Shown piece by piece: positions 37,648 through 45,239 of a stretch of 64,000 nt of DNA. This DNA is from an uncultured Clostridia bacterium (lineage in GTDB: Bacteria; Bacillota; Clostridia; Christensenellales; Borkfalkiaceae): positions 220 through 64,219 of the forward strand of contig CANPBT010000004.1 of assembly GCA_947572415.1 (NCBI GenBank), given 5' to 3'. Within the stretch, counting starts at the first letter, position 1. Each line of letters begins with the position of its first letter. The translations under genes were made by a program, and so were the position numbers. The notes under the pieces are model-generated. The model was not told the origin of the DNA. It saw only the letters and a program-made list of their open reading frames with translations, and ran no database searches.

Positions 37648-38055
37648 TCATTGCTTGTGCTTTATTAAATTCATTATGCAATAAGCCGATTCAGCTATAA
37701 GGAGCAACGCCGTAAGCACAAAAAAGCAAATTATCACGACTAAATCCGAAACATTTTTGACGTAGTCGGAGGTATGCTTTATAGCGATATCGCAAACTAT
37801 TTCGCAAAATGCCATAGCTCCGATTTTAGGCAGGAGAAATATTAAAGACAGTATGTATTTTTCCGGAGCTTTCAAAAGCAAAATTGCCAAAAGCTGTAAA
37901 ACCGAAAATACCAAATAAAATATTGCGGAAAGATAAAGCGCGTTATCCGTACCTTTTACGAACTGTCTTAATATAATAGCAACAATCAAATCGATAGCAA
38001 GCAAAACATTTAAAACTACTAAACAGACATTAAATATTAATTTACTTTTCCCCAT
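37648..38055 (-). CDS. Small membrane protein (4 TM helices), unknown function
   Basis: 135-aa hydrophobic ORF. Confidence 0.5.
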   Translation of the reverse strand: MGKSKLIFNVCLVVLNVLLAIDLIVAIILRQFVKGTDNALYLSAIFYLVFSVLQLLAILLLKAPEKYILSLIFLLPKIGAMAFCEIVCDIAIKHTSDYVKNVSDLVVIICFFVLTALLLIAESAYCIMNLIKHKQ

Positions 38056-38174
38056 AAATACCTATCTCTGCAACAATTCGATTTAATTTTATTTTACAGA
38101 ATAATATCTTATTAAAGAAAAACTTTTATGATCTTCTTCTGAAAGATATAACAATACGTCGGAAAAACGCATTT

Positions 38175-39818
38175 TTAAATCATTCCCTTTTTAAGTCTGG
38201 CAACAGCCCTGCCTTTGCCGAGTATGCGCATAATAGTGCACAAATCGGGCGAGTTGGGCATACCCGTCACCGCAATGCGCAGAATTTCGGCGATGTCGGA
38301 CACGTTGCCCTTATACGCTTCGGGGTTTGCCTTATACTCGCTCATTTCCGAGGCGAAGCCCACCTTCGGCGCGATTGCCTTTACCTTGTTAAACCATACC
38401 GAATTGTCGTCGGCGGGGTCGTAAGTTTTTGCAAATTCTTCGAGCACGGTGTTTACCGTAGCTTTATCGAAGCGGTAGTTATATTCGGGCGCGAACGCAT
38501 CGTCGAAGAAGTAATCTATAAGGCGTACGCCCTGCTCGGCGCGCTCGATATCCTTTCTGCGTTTTTTACCGCCGACGCCCATAACGAGTTCGAGCACTTT
38601 TATTATATACTCTTCGTCCGCAAAATGCGCTTTATCCTTATCAGTGCCGAATTCCTCCGCCCAGCCTTTTAGGAAGTCGAAGCACTGCTTTGCCGAAAGG
38701 CGCGAAATTTCGTTTTTGGAAATATCGTTGAGCTTATCCAAATCGAACAACGCGCCGCTGCGGCTCATCTTCTCTATCCTGAATTTGAAATCGCGATAGT
38801 CCGCGTCGGGGTTTTTAAGCGACCATTCCTCGAAGTCGGAGTTTAAAATCGTCATAAGATACTTTACGACCGCGACGGGATAATAGCCCGCCTTGCGATA
38901 GAAATCGAGCGAAAGCTCGGGGTCTTTTCTCTTGGAAAGCTTGCGCTTGGTGCCGCCGTCCATTTTCATAAGCGAGCACGTGTGCGCATATCTGGGCGGC
39001 TTGAAGCCGAGCACCTTATGAAGCTCGATGTGCACGGGCAGGCTAGACAGCCATTCCTCGCCGCGGATTACGAGCGTCGTGCGCATAAAATGGTCGTCGA
39101 TTGCGTGCGCGAAATGGTAAGTGGGGATACCGTCGGATTTGAGTATTACGACGTCCTGGTCGTTTTCCGTGACGGTGATATCGCCCTTTATCGCGTCGCG
39201 GAAAGTCATTTTATTTTCGATACTGCCCTGCGATTTCAAACGGATAACAAAAGGCTTGCCCGCCCTTAAATTTTCGTAAATTTGCTCCTCGGAAAGGTTG
39301 CGGCACTTAGCGTACTCGCCGTAGTAGCCGGTGGTTTTCTTTTCGGCGGTCTGGTTTTCACGCACTGCGTTGAGCTCGTCCTCGGTGCAAAAGCACGGAT
39401 AAGCAAGCCCCTGCTCCAAAAGCCTCTTTACAAAGCTGCGGTAAATTTCGGCGCGACGACGCTGGTAATAGGGGCCGTATTTGTTAAGCGGCGAATTCAA
39501 TTCCGCGCCCTCGTCGAAATTAATCCCGAAATAATTTAGGCTGCGGATAACGCTTTCGACAGCGCCGTCGACCCTGCGTTTTTCGTCGGTGTCTTCAATC
39601 CTTAAGTAGAAAATGCCGCCCGTGGTGTGCGCGCTCCTTTCGTCGGCAAGCGCGGAATACAGATTGCCGAGGTGGATAAAGCCCGTGGGCGACGGCGCAA
39701 GGCGGGTTACCTCTGCCTTAGGCGCGCGGTCGCGCTCGGGATAGATTTTTTCGTATTCCTCGGGCGGAAGTAAACCGGTATCGGGGATAAGTGCGGCTGC
39801 AAGTTTTTTTAAATCCAT
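38175..39818 (-). CDS. gltX: Glutamate--tRNA ligase (long form)
   Basis: Class-I HIGH-type motif PSPTGFIHLGN and KMSKS-type motif KLSKRK. The likely start is the ATG at 39818 (MDLKKLAA), which has GAGAGG upstream. Confidence 0.8.
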   Translation of the reverse strand: MDLKKLAAALIPDTGLLPPEEYEKIYPERDRAPKAEVTRLAPSPTGFIHLGNLYSALADERSAHTTGGIFYLRIEDTDEKRRVDGAVESVIRSLNYFGINFDEGAELNSPLNKYGPYYQRRRAEIYRSFVKRLLEQGLAYPCFCTEDELNAVRENQTAEKKTTGYYGEYAKCRNLSEEQIYENLRAGKPFVIRLKSQGSIENKMTFRDAIKGDITVTENDQDVVILKSDGIPTYHFAHAIDDHFMRTTLVIRGEEWLSSLPVHIELHKVLGFKPPRYAHTCSLMKMDGGTKRKLSKRKDPELSLDFYRKAGYYPVAVVKYLMTILNSDFEEWSLKNPDADYRDFKFRIEKMSRSGALFDLDKLNDISKNEISRLSAKQCFDFLKGWAEEFGTDKDKAHFADEEYIIKVLELVMGVGGKKRRKDIERAEQGVRLIDYFFDDAFAPEYNYRFDKATVNTVLEEFAKTYDPADDNSVWFNKVKAIAPKVGFASEMSEYKANPEAYKGNVSDIAEILRIAVTGMPNSPDLCTIMRILGKGRAVARLKKGMI

Positions 39819-39829
39819 AATTAAACCTC

Positions 39830-40438
39830 TCAATGCTTGCGCTTATAAAATTTGCGAAGCGTAAACCATAAAATAATGAGTATTTCAAACGACCCCGCCA
39901 CTATATACAGAAAGTACATTTTATCGAAGTCGGAAAACACGTTTACGAACACGTTGAAAATTACCGCCGCCGTCCAGACGATGAGCGAGCAGGTGACCAT
40001 ATTAGTTATCCAGTTGCCCCATTTTGCGGAAAAAACGGTCGCGGTTATCGCGCACGCAAACGGCGCGCAGATAAACGTGAGCCACGCATAACCTTCGGTA
40101 AACGGTATAAAAAAGAATATCATAAAAATGCCCGTAGCGACAAACCACACGAGCCCGAGAGATAATAGGATTATCAAAAGCCGTTTTTTGCCGGTATCCA
40201 GCTTGGGCTTTACAATCTTCTGCGTCGCGGAAGAGGAAATGATATCGTCCACCGTTATATTGTAAATTTCGGCAAGTTTAATAAGTACGCGAATATCGGG
40301 TATGGCCTCACCCCGCTCCCATTTGGAAACGGCTTTATCCGAATAATTAAGCATTTCCGCAAGCTGCAACTGTGTAAGATGAGCGTGCGTACGAAGCTCC
40401 GTAAGATTCTTTGCTATCGTTTCTTTTAACTCGTCCAT
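39830..40438 (-). CDS. XRE-family HTH regulator fused to a 4-TM membrane domain
   Basis: N-terminal LTQLQLAEMLNYSDKAVSKWERGEAIPD HTH, with a hydrophobic C-terminal half. It ends 11 nt before the gltX start. Confidence 0.75.
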   Translation of the reverse strand: MDELKETIAKNLTELRTHAHLTQLQLAEMLNYSDKAVSKWERGEAIPDIRVLIKLAEIYNITVDDIISSSATQKIVKPKLDTGKKRLLIILLSLGLVWFVATGIFMIFFFIPFTEGYAWLTFICAPFACAITATVFSAKWGNWITNMVTCSLIVWTAAVIFNVFVNVFSDFDKMYFLYIVAGSFEILIILWFTLRKFYKRKH

Positions 40439-40698
40439 AAGGATATTTTAACACATATCGGCAAAAAGTTCAACTAATTATGCCACTCTACCGTGAGTAG
40501 AGCGTGAAATTTTGTCGGTAGAGTTGAGTTTTTATTCAGTTTACCTATAATTTTAAATAGTGGATAACATTTTGCGTAAAATATGTTGTTTTTCCGATAT
40601 TTGCGGTGATAATATAACTATAGCCGTATAACGGAGAGGCAAATATCCGTTACGGAAATAATATTTTTTAATCTGCATAAATTTCGAGGTGTTCTATT

Positions 40699-41643
40699 AT
40701 GAATAATGATTTTGATATTTTTGTCGATTCCGCAGCAAACCTGACGGACGAAATGATTGCCGAAACAGGGATTAAAGTTATCCCCTTCACCTATACCGTA
40801 AACGGAGAGATAAAATCCTGTTACGAAAAAGACAAACCTTTTAAAGAAACCGCAAAAGCCTATTACAAGCTTTTATCGGAAGGCGCGGACATTAAAACCT
40901 CGCTCGTGTGCGAAGAGGATTTTATAAACGCCGTCGCCCCCTCTATGGAGCAGGGCAAAGACGTGTTGCTTGTGACGATTACGCAAGGGCTGAGCGGCAC
41001 TTACGCGCAGGCAGTAAAGGCTATGAATACTTTAAAGGAAAAATTCCCCGACAGGAAAATGTACGTGATGGACAGCGCGAACGCTTCGCTCGGCGAAGGG
41101 CTTCTGGCGGTTCAGGCGGCACATATGAAATCCGCGGGCGAAAGCATAGAAGCGTGCGCCGCGTGGATTGACGAAAACAGATACAAAATGAACTCCGTCG
41201 TTACAGTGAACGACCTTAAATATCTTAAAAAGAGCGGCAGGGTTTCGACCATAGTGGCGATTGCCGGCGCGCTGCTGAACATAAAGCCTATGCTTCACGC
41301 AGACGGCGCAAGCCCCGCCATGCTCACCGTATACGCAAAGGAGCGCGGCAGAAAGAAATCAATCGACGCAATGGTGAAAAAATTTGCCGAAAACGTAATC
41401 GACCCCGCAAACCATACCATAGCTATAACCCATTGCGATTGCGAGGCAGAAGCGAAAGAGCTTGCCGAAAGATTAAGGCAGCTTGGCGCAAACGATATCG
41501 TAATCGAGTTTTACGACCTTTGCACGGGCTCGCACGTGGGCCCCGGCACGCTTGCACTCTTCTTTATGGGTAAGGAAAGGCGTACCGCCGCAACCGTAGC
41601 CGAGCACAAGAAATTCGGACTGTTCGCAAAGAAAAACGCGTAA
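40699..41643 (+). CDS. degV: DegV-family fatty-acid-binding protein
   Basis: 314 aa. N-terminal DSAANL..E and the TSL/GTY regions are typical of DegV. Confidence 0.8.
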   Translation: MNNDFDIFVDSAANLTDEMIAETGIKVIPFTYTVNGEIKSCYEKDKPFKETAKAYYKLLSEGADIKTSLVCEEDFINAVAPSMEQGKDVLLVTITQGLSGTYAQAVKAMNTLKEKFPDRKMYVMDSANASLGEGLLAVQAAHMKSAGESIEACAAWIDENRYKMNSVVTVNDLKYLKKSGRVSTIVAIAGALLNIKPMLHADGASPAMLTVYAKERGRKKSIDAMVKKFAENVIDPANHTIAITHCDCEAEAKELAERLRQLGANDIVIEFYDLCTGSHVGPGTLALFFMGKERRTAATVAEHKKFGLFAKKNA

Positions 41644-41647
41644 ATTT

Positions 41648-41810
41648 TAACCTCATTCGTCCGCGCCTTCACGGCGCAGACACCTTCCCCGTCGGGGGAA
41701 GGCTCAAATATAGTAAAAGCTCCCGACAGGGAGCTTAAATTTTATCGGAAATATGAGCTTCCTATTTGAGGAAGCTGTCCCGTAGCTTGCGTAAGGGACT
41801 GATGAGGTTA
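41648..41810. ncRNA. Candidate structured RNA or element: five hairpins enclosed by a 9-bp closing helix
   Basis: TAACCTCAT (41648-41656) pairs perfectly with ATGAGGTTA (41802-41810). Inside are hairpins at 41659-41681, 41683-41702 (8 bp, loop GTCG), 41717-41736 (8 bp, loop GACA), 41756-41776 and 41777-41799. The strand is undetermined. Confidence 0.35.
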
Positions 41811-41813
41811 GCT

Positions 41814-42299
41814 TTAATGGAATTTATCGTAATCGAAAGCCTCTTTCTTTTCTTTGAGTAAGTAATCGAGGAAGCACTCGCAGCCGTCGTAAATATCGCG
41901 ATACGCCTTTTCGAAGTCGCGCGTGTACCACGGGTCGGCAACGTCGCGCGGGCGCGAGGTGAACGAGCAGAGCTTGGATATTTTCGCGCCGTACTCCCCG
42001 CCCGTCAGGCGCAGTAAATCCAAAAGGTTGCTGCTGTCCATAACGAGGATATAGTCGTTATTTTTGACGTCGGAAAGGCTTATCTGCTTTGAGGTGTGCC
42101 CGCCGATAATGCCGTGCTCGGAAAGCGTCTTTTTGGCGGGAGGATATATGGGGTTGCCCTCCTCACAGTCATGCGTGGCGAAAGAAGTTATGCGGAAGCT
42201 TAAATCAAGCCCCCTTTCCTTTACCATTTTTTTGAATATCAGCTCAGCCATAGGCGAACGGCAGATATTGCCCATACATACGAAAGCTACGTTTATCAT
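41814..42299 (-). CDS. Low-molecular-weight protein tyrosine phosphatase
   Basis: P-loop VCMGNICRSP, plus a DP motif later in the sequence. The ATG at 42299 has AAGGAG 9 nt upstream. Confidence 0.9.
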   Translation of the reverse strand: MINVAFVCMGNICRSPMAELIFKKMVKERGLDLSFRITSFATHDCEEGNPIYPPAKKTLSEHGIIGGHTSKQISLSDVKNNDYILVMDSSNLLDLLRLTGGEYGAKISKLCSFTSRPRDVADPWYTRDFEKAYRDIYDGCECFLDYLLKEKKEAFDYDKFH

Positions 42300-42316
42300 A
42301 CAAACCACTCCTTTAA

Positions 42317-42901
42317 TTAATCGCCGATTTTAAGCTTTTGCCAGCCGCCCCCGTCGGGCACGTAATTTTCTATAAAAGAAATCAGCTTGTCGGCGTCGTC
42401 AAACACTTTGTACATTTCGCCGCACTTAAAGGTCATAAATTTACGCTCCGCAACGGTGTTCATAAACTTTTCAAGGTCGTCGTAATAATCGAGAGTGTTG
42501 AGTATCGCGATAGCCTTGTTATGCCTGCCTAGCTGCTTTAAAGTCAGCACTTCGAAAAACTCCTCAAAGGTGCCTATGCCGCCCGGAGTTATTATAAAGG
42601 CTTCAGCCTCGTCCTCCATTACGAACTTCCTTTCGGACATGGTTTTGGTGTAAGTTATCTTGTCGCAACCGTCGAAAATAGCTTCGACGCTTTCTTCCCT
42701 GAAAAACTCGGGGATAACCCCGTGTACAAAGCCGCCGCCCGCTTTAAAACCGCGCGCAGCCGCGCCCATAAGCCCCGTAGCGCCCGCGCCGAACACGAGC
42801 GAATGCCCCTTTTGCGCAAGCTTTTTTGCGAGTTTTTCGGTTTCTTCGATATATATTTTGTCAATATGCGCGCTTGCCGCGCCGAAAATACAGATTTTCA
42901 T
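42317..42901 (-). CDS. LOG-family (TIGR00730) nucleotide phosphoribohydrolase
   Basis: PGGIGTFEE and GGG..G.MG motifs. Confidence 0.85.
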   Translation of the reverse strand: MKICIFGAASAHIDKIYIEETEKLAKKLAQKGHSLVFGAGATGLMGAAARGFKAGGGFVHGVIPEFFREESVEAIFDGCDKITYTKTMSERKFVMEDEAEAFIITPGGIGTFEEFFEVLTLKQLGRHNKAIAILNTLDYYDDLEKFMNTVAERKFMTFKCGEMYKVFDDADKLISFIENYVPDGGGWQKLKIGD

Positions 42902-42975
42902 AATTTGCCTCTTAAAAATATAGTACTCTTATATTATATTCATTTTTAAGAAAATGTTAAATTTTAATAAAAGCC

Positions 42976-43004
42976 TTGACAAACTTTCAGATTGCGAATA
43001 TAAT
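42976..43004 (+). promoter_or_regulatory. Perfect-consensus promoter with no downstream ORF
   Basis: TTGACA (42976-42981), 17 nt, TATAAT (42999-43004). Confidence 0.7.
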
Positions 43005-43010
43005 ATAAAT

Positions 43011-43108
43011 GAACAAGGGCGATAACCGATTGAGGTTAAGCGACGGTTAGCCTAAGTTGTTCAATTAAAATAACTGTCCGACTTTGACCGAGGGGCAGTT
43101 ATTTTTTT
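43011..43108 (+). ncRNA. Candidate ~98-nt small RNA (promoter, long hairpin, intrinsic terminator)
   Basis: Hairpin 1 spans 43011-43062: GAACAA-GGGC-..-TAACCG, a 15-nt loop ATTGAGGTTAAGCGA, then CGGTTA-GCCT-..-TTGTTC. The terminator has an 11-bp stem (43069-43079 / 43093-43103, one G-U pair) and a T7 run. The only ORF here is 13 codons with no RBS. Confidence 0.5.
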
Positions 43109-43123
43109 ATACGAATTCGGTTT

Positions 43124-43333
43124 TTATTTTATATCGGATTCGCCGAGCAAATAATCGGTTGTAACACCGAAGTACCTTGCAAGTGTTACCACTACCTGCG
43201 CATTCGGTATCCGTTTACCTTTTTCCCAGTAATTTATTCCGCTACAACTTAAACCTGTGTCTTTTGCAACTTGCAATTGCGACAACCCTTTTTCATTTCT
43301 TAATTCCTTTAATCTTTCCATCAACTCTTCCAT
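43124..43333 (-). CDS. Small XRE/Cro-type HTH repressor
   Basis: 69 aa with the HTH LSQLQVAKDTGLSCSGINYWEKGKRIPN. The ATG at 43333 is taken as the start; the track starts at a TTG at 43339. Confidence 0.85.
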   Translation of the reverse strand: MEELMERLKELRNEKGLSQLQVAKDTGLSCSGINYWEKGKRIPNAQVVVTLARYFGVTTDYLLGESDIK

Positions 43334-43345
43334 AACCAAATATTA

Positions 43346-43412
43346 TCACATTTGTGGTAAAATTGCTTGACATTTCACATTTGTGAAAATATAATAGTTA
43401 CCACAAATGTGA
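43346..43412. promoter_or_regulatory. Three 12-bp operator copies in the divergent control region
   Basis: TCACATTTGTGG (43346-43357), TCACATTTGTGA (43375-43386), and CCACAAATGTGA (43401-43412, the exact reverse complement of the first). Confidence 0.7.
43367..43395 (+). promoter_or_regulatory. Perfect-consensus promoter of the 96-aa gene, overlapped by operator 2
   Basis: TTGACA (43367-43372), 17 nt, TATAAT (43390-43395). RBS AAGGAG at 43418-43423. Confidence 0.7.
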
Positions 43413-43419
43413 ATTGTAA
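43391..43419 (-). promoter_or_regulatory. Candidate promoter of the XRE gene; its -10 overlaps the opposing -10
   Basis: On the minus strand: TTACAA (43419-43414), 17 nt, TATTAT (43396-43391). Confidence 0.45.
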
Positions 43420-43430
43420 GGAGTTAAATT

Positions 43431-43721
43431 ATGAAAAAATCAACTATTTTGGAAGTATTTCAACGTGACAGAGGTATGTCGCCGAATATACCTATGAGCG
43501 ACGAATATTATAAACTTATTGCAAAAGTCTGCGATTTAGAAAAAGAGTTTATGAAAAAGATAGAAGCAGAACCAGATTTAACTAAACAGTTACAAGAACT
43601 TGAAAACGCTATTGACGCAGCCTCCTCCGTCGAAATAGACAATTATTTTGTGGAGGGCTTTAAAATCGGGCTGCTGATAGGCATTGAGGCGAGCGAGCCG
43701 TACGAGCCGAGCGGACTTTAA
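43431..43721 (+). CDS. 96-aa hypothetical protein controlled by the XRE switch
   Basis: Strong RBS and promoter. Mostly helical, with a conserved-looking YFVEGFKIGLLIG near the C-terminus. No function recognised. Confidence 0.65.
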   Translation: MKKSTILEVFQRDRGMSPNIPMSDEYYKLIAKVCDLEKEFMKKIEAEPDLTKQLQELENAIDAASSVEIDNYFVEGFKIGLLIGIEASEPYEPSGL

Positions 43722-44176
43722 ACGTTATAATAGATAACGGTAAAAATTACGGCAATAAGTATAAGCGCGATACCGACGATAAGCACATACGCTACGCTGC
43801 GCGGTTTTTCGCGCTTTGCCTTACGGTATTCGTAATAGTCTTTATATTTACGCTTTGATAAATCGCGGCGGAAAACCTCGAAAACCATTCGAAAACCGTA
43901 GCCTAAAATATCGAAAGCGCCGCCGTTGCTTGCGAAAATTAAAAGCCCCACGCCCGCAAAACATATTCCCGACACAAAAAAACCGTCGGAAAGTATGCGC
44001 ATAACCTCCTTTATTCGGGTCTGCGCATAGATATTTTCTATGCTTACGACGGCGAGGACGAATAATAGCCCCGCCGCCAAGCATACCGCGTACCTTATTA
44101 TATTTTTTTTGTTGAGCTTACTTTCATTCGATTTCGGCTGTATATCTGTCGTATTCGGCATCGTTGCAATAAACAA
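43718..44176 (-). CDS. DUF3899-like small membrane protein
   Basis: Two TM pairs flank a basic loop (RRDLSKRKYKDYYEYRKAKRE). The start is uncertain because the ORF overlaps the oppF 3' end. Confidence 0.55.
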   Translation of the reverse strand: MFIATMPNTTDIQPKSNESKLNKKNIIRYAVCLAAGLLFVLAVVSIENIYAQTRIKEVMRILSDGFFVSGICFAGVGLLIFASNGGAFDILGYGFRMVFEVFRRDLSKRKYKDYYEYRKAKREKPRSVAYVLIVGIALILIAVIFTVIYYNV

Positions 44177-45239
44177 AATGTTCCTCAGATATTTCCCGCA
44201 TTCGCGGCTTATCGACCGAATAATCGTGTTCGGCGATAGGGTTGTATATTATCCTCTTCCTGCGCTTTTCCGACTCGGGGTCGGGCAGAGGGATTGCGGA
44301 TAAAAGCGATTTCGTGTATGGGTGTAACGGCTTTGCGAACAGTTCGTCCGCGGGCGCGAGTTCGACCATTTTACCGAAATGCATCACGCCGACTTTGTCG
44401 GAAAAGTATTTTACGACCGATAAATCGTGCGCAATGAACAGTATGGTAAGCCCTAACTTGTGCCTTAAATCGTTTAACAGGTTTATAACCTGCGCCTGAA
44501 TTGATACGTCGAGCGCGGATATCGGTTCGTCGGCAATTATAAGCTCGGGCTTCATAATCACCGCCCTTGCGATGCCTATCCTCTGCCGCTGCCCGCCTGA
44601 AAATTCGTGCGGGTATCTGCCCGCGTGTTCGGGCACAAGCCCTACGAGGTCAAGCATTTTATAGACCTGCTCGTCGATGTATTTTTTATCCTTTACGCCC
44701 TGAATTATAAGCCCTTCGGCTATAATTTCACGTACGGTCATGCGCGGGTTAAGGCTTGCGATAGGGTCCTGAAAAATCATCTGAATTTTCGTCGCGAGCT
44801 TTTCTTTCCGCGCAATGCGCTCGTCCTCTCTGGCTTTTTTGATATTTTCGGTTTGCTCGCGCAAAACCGCCGCGCACCTTTCACGAGCGGCGGCAAGCTC
44901 TTGTTCGCGCTGCGCCTTATCGTCGGCGTAACGCTTTTTTATTTCCGCCTCTACCCTTTTACACTCTGCGCGCGCGGCGGCGGCTTTTTCCTTGTATGAG
45001 CCGGTGCCCGCGCAAATCCTCTTTCCATCGAAATATACGCTGCCGCCCGTCGCGTCGTACAGCCTTATTATCGACCGGCCCGTTGTGGTTTTGCCGCAGC
45101 CGCTTTCGCCGACAAGCCCGAAAACTTCGCCTTTTTTTATTTCGAAGCTGACGTCGTCAACCGCTTTCAGCACCTGACTTCCCGCCTTGAAATACTGGCA
45201 AAGGTGTTCGACCTTTAATAATACGTTGTTATCGTCCAT
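44124..45239 (-). CDS. oppF: Opp/Dpp-type ABC ATPase (OppF-like) with a ~70-aa coiled-coil insertion
   Basis: Walker A GESGCGKTT, Q-loop MIFQDPIASLNP, signature FSGGQRQR. An A/E/K/R-rich insertion (KEKAAAARAECKRVEAEIKKRY...) lies between Walker A and the Q-loop. Confidence 0.8.
   Translation of the reverse strand: MDDNNVLLKVEHLCQYFKAGSQVLKAVDDVSFEIKKGEVFGLVGESGCGKTTTGRSIIRLYDATGGSVYFDGKRICAGTGSYKEKAAAARAECKRVEAEIKKRYADDKAQREQELAAARERCAAVLREQTENIKKAREDERIARKEKLATKIQMIFQDPIASLNPRMTVREIIAEGLIIQGVKDKKYIDEQVYKMLDLVGLVPEHAGRYPHEFSGGQRQRIGIARAVIMKPELIIADEPISALDVSIQAQVINLLNDLRHKLGLTILFIAHDLSVVKYFSDKVGVMHFGKMVELAPADELFAKPLHPYTKSLLSAIPLPDPESEKRRKRIIYNPIAEHDYSVDKPRMREISEEHFVYCNDAEYDRYTAEIE

Noticed and set aside
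40560-40698. Possible riboswitch or attenuator in the degV leader: hairpin TAACGGA-N10-TCCGTTA followed by a T-rich stretch.
   Set aside because: The stem is short, the U-tract starts 14 nt after the stem, and I recognise no riboswitch core. Evidence is insufficient.
43009-43050. 13-codon ORF (MNKGDNRLRLSDG) inside the sRNA candidate.
   Set aside because: It has no RBS. Its AUG lies only 4 nt after the -10 hexamer, so it would be at or upstream of the TSS. The region is better explained as a hairpin.
42902-43721. The XRE / 96-aa / sRNA region as a prophage or ICE remnant.
   Set aside because: I see no integrase, recombinase, or structural or replication genes, and no flanking repeats. It is only a Cro/CI-style control region.
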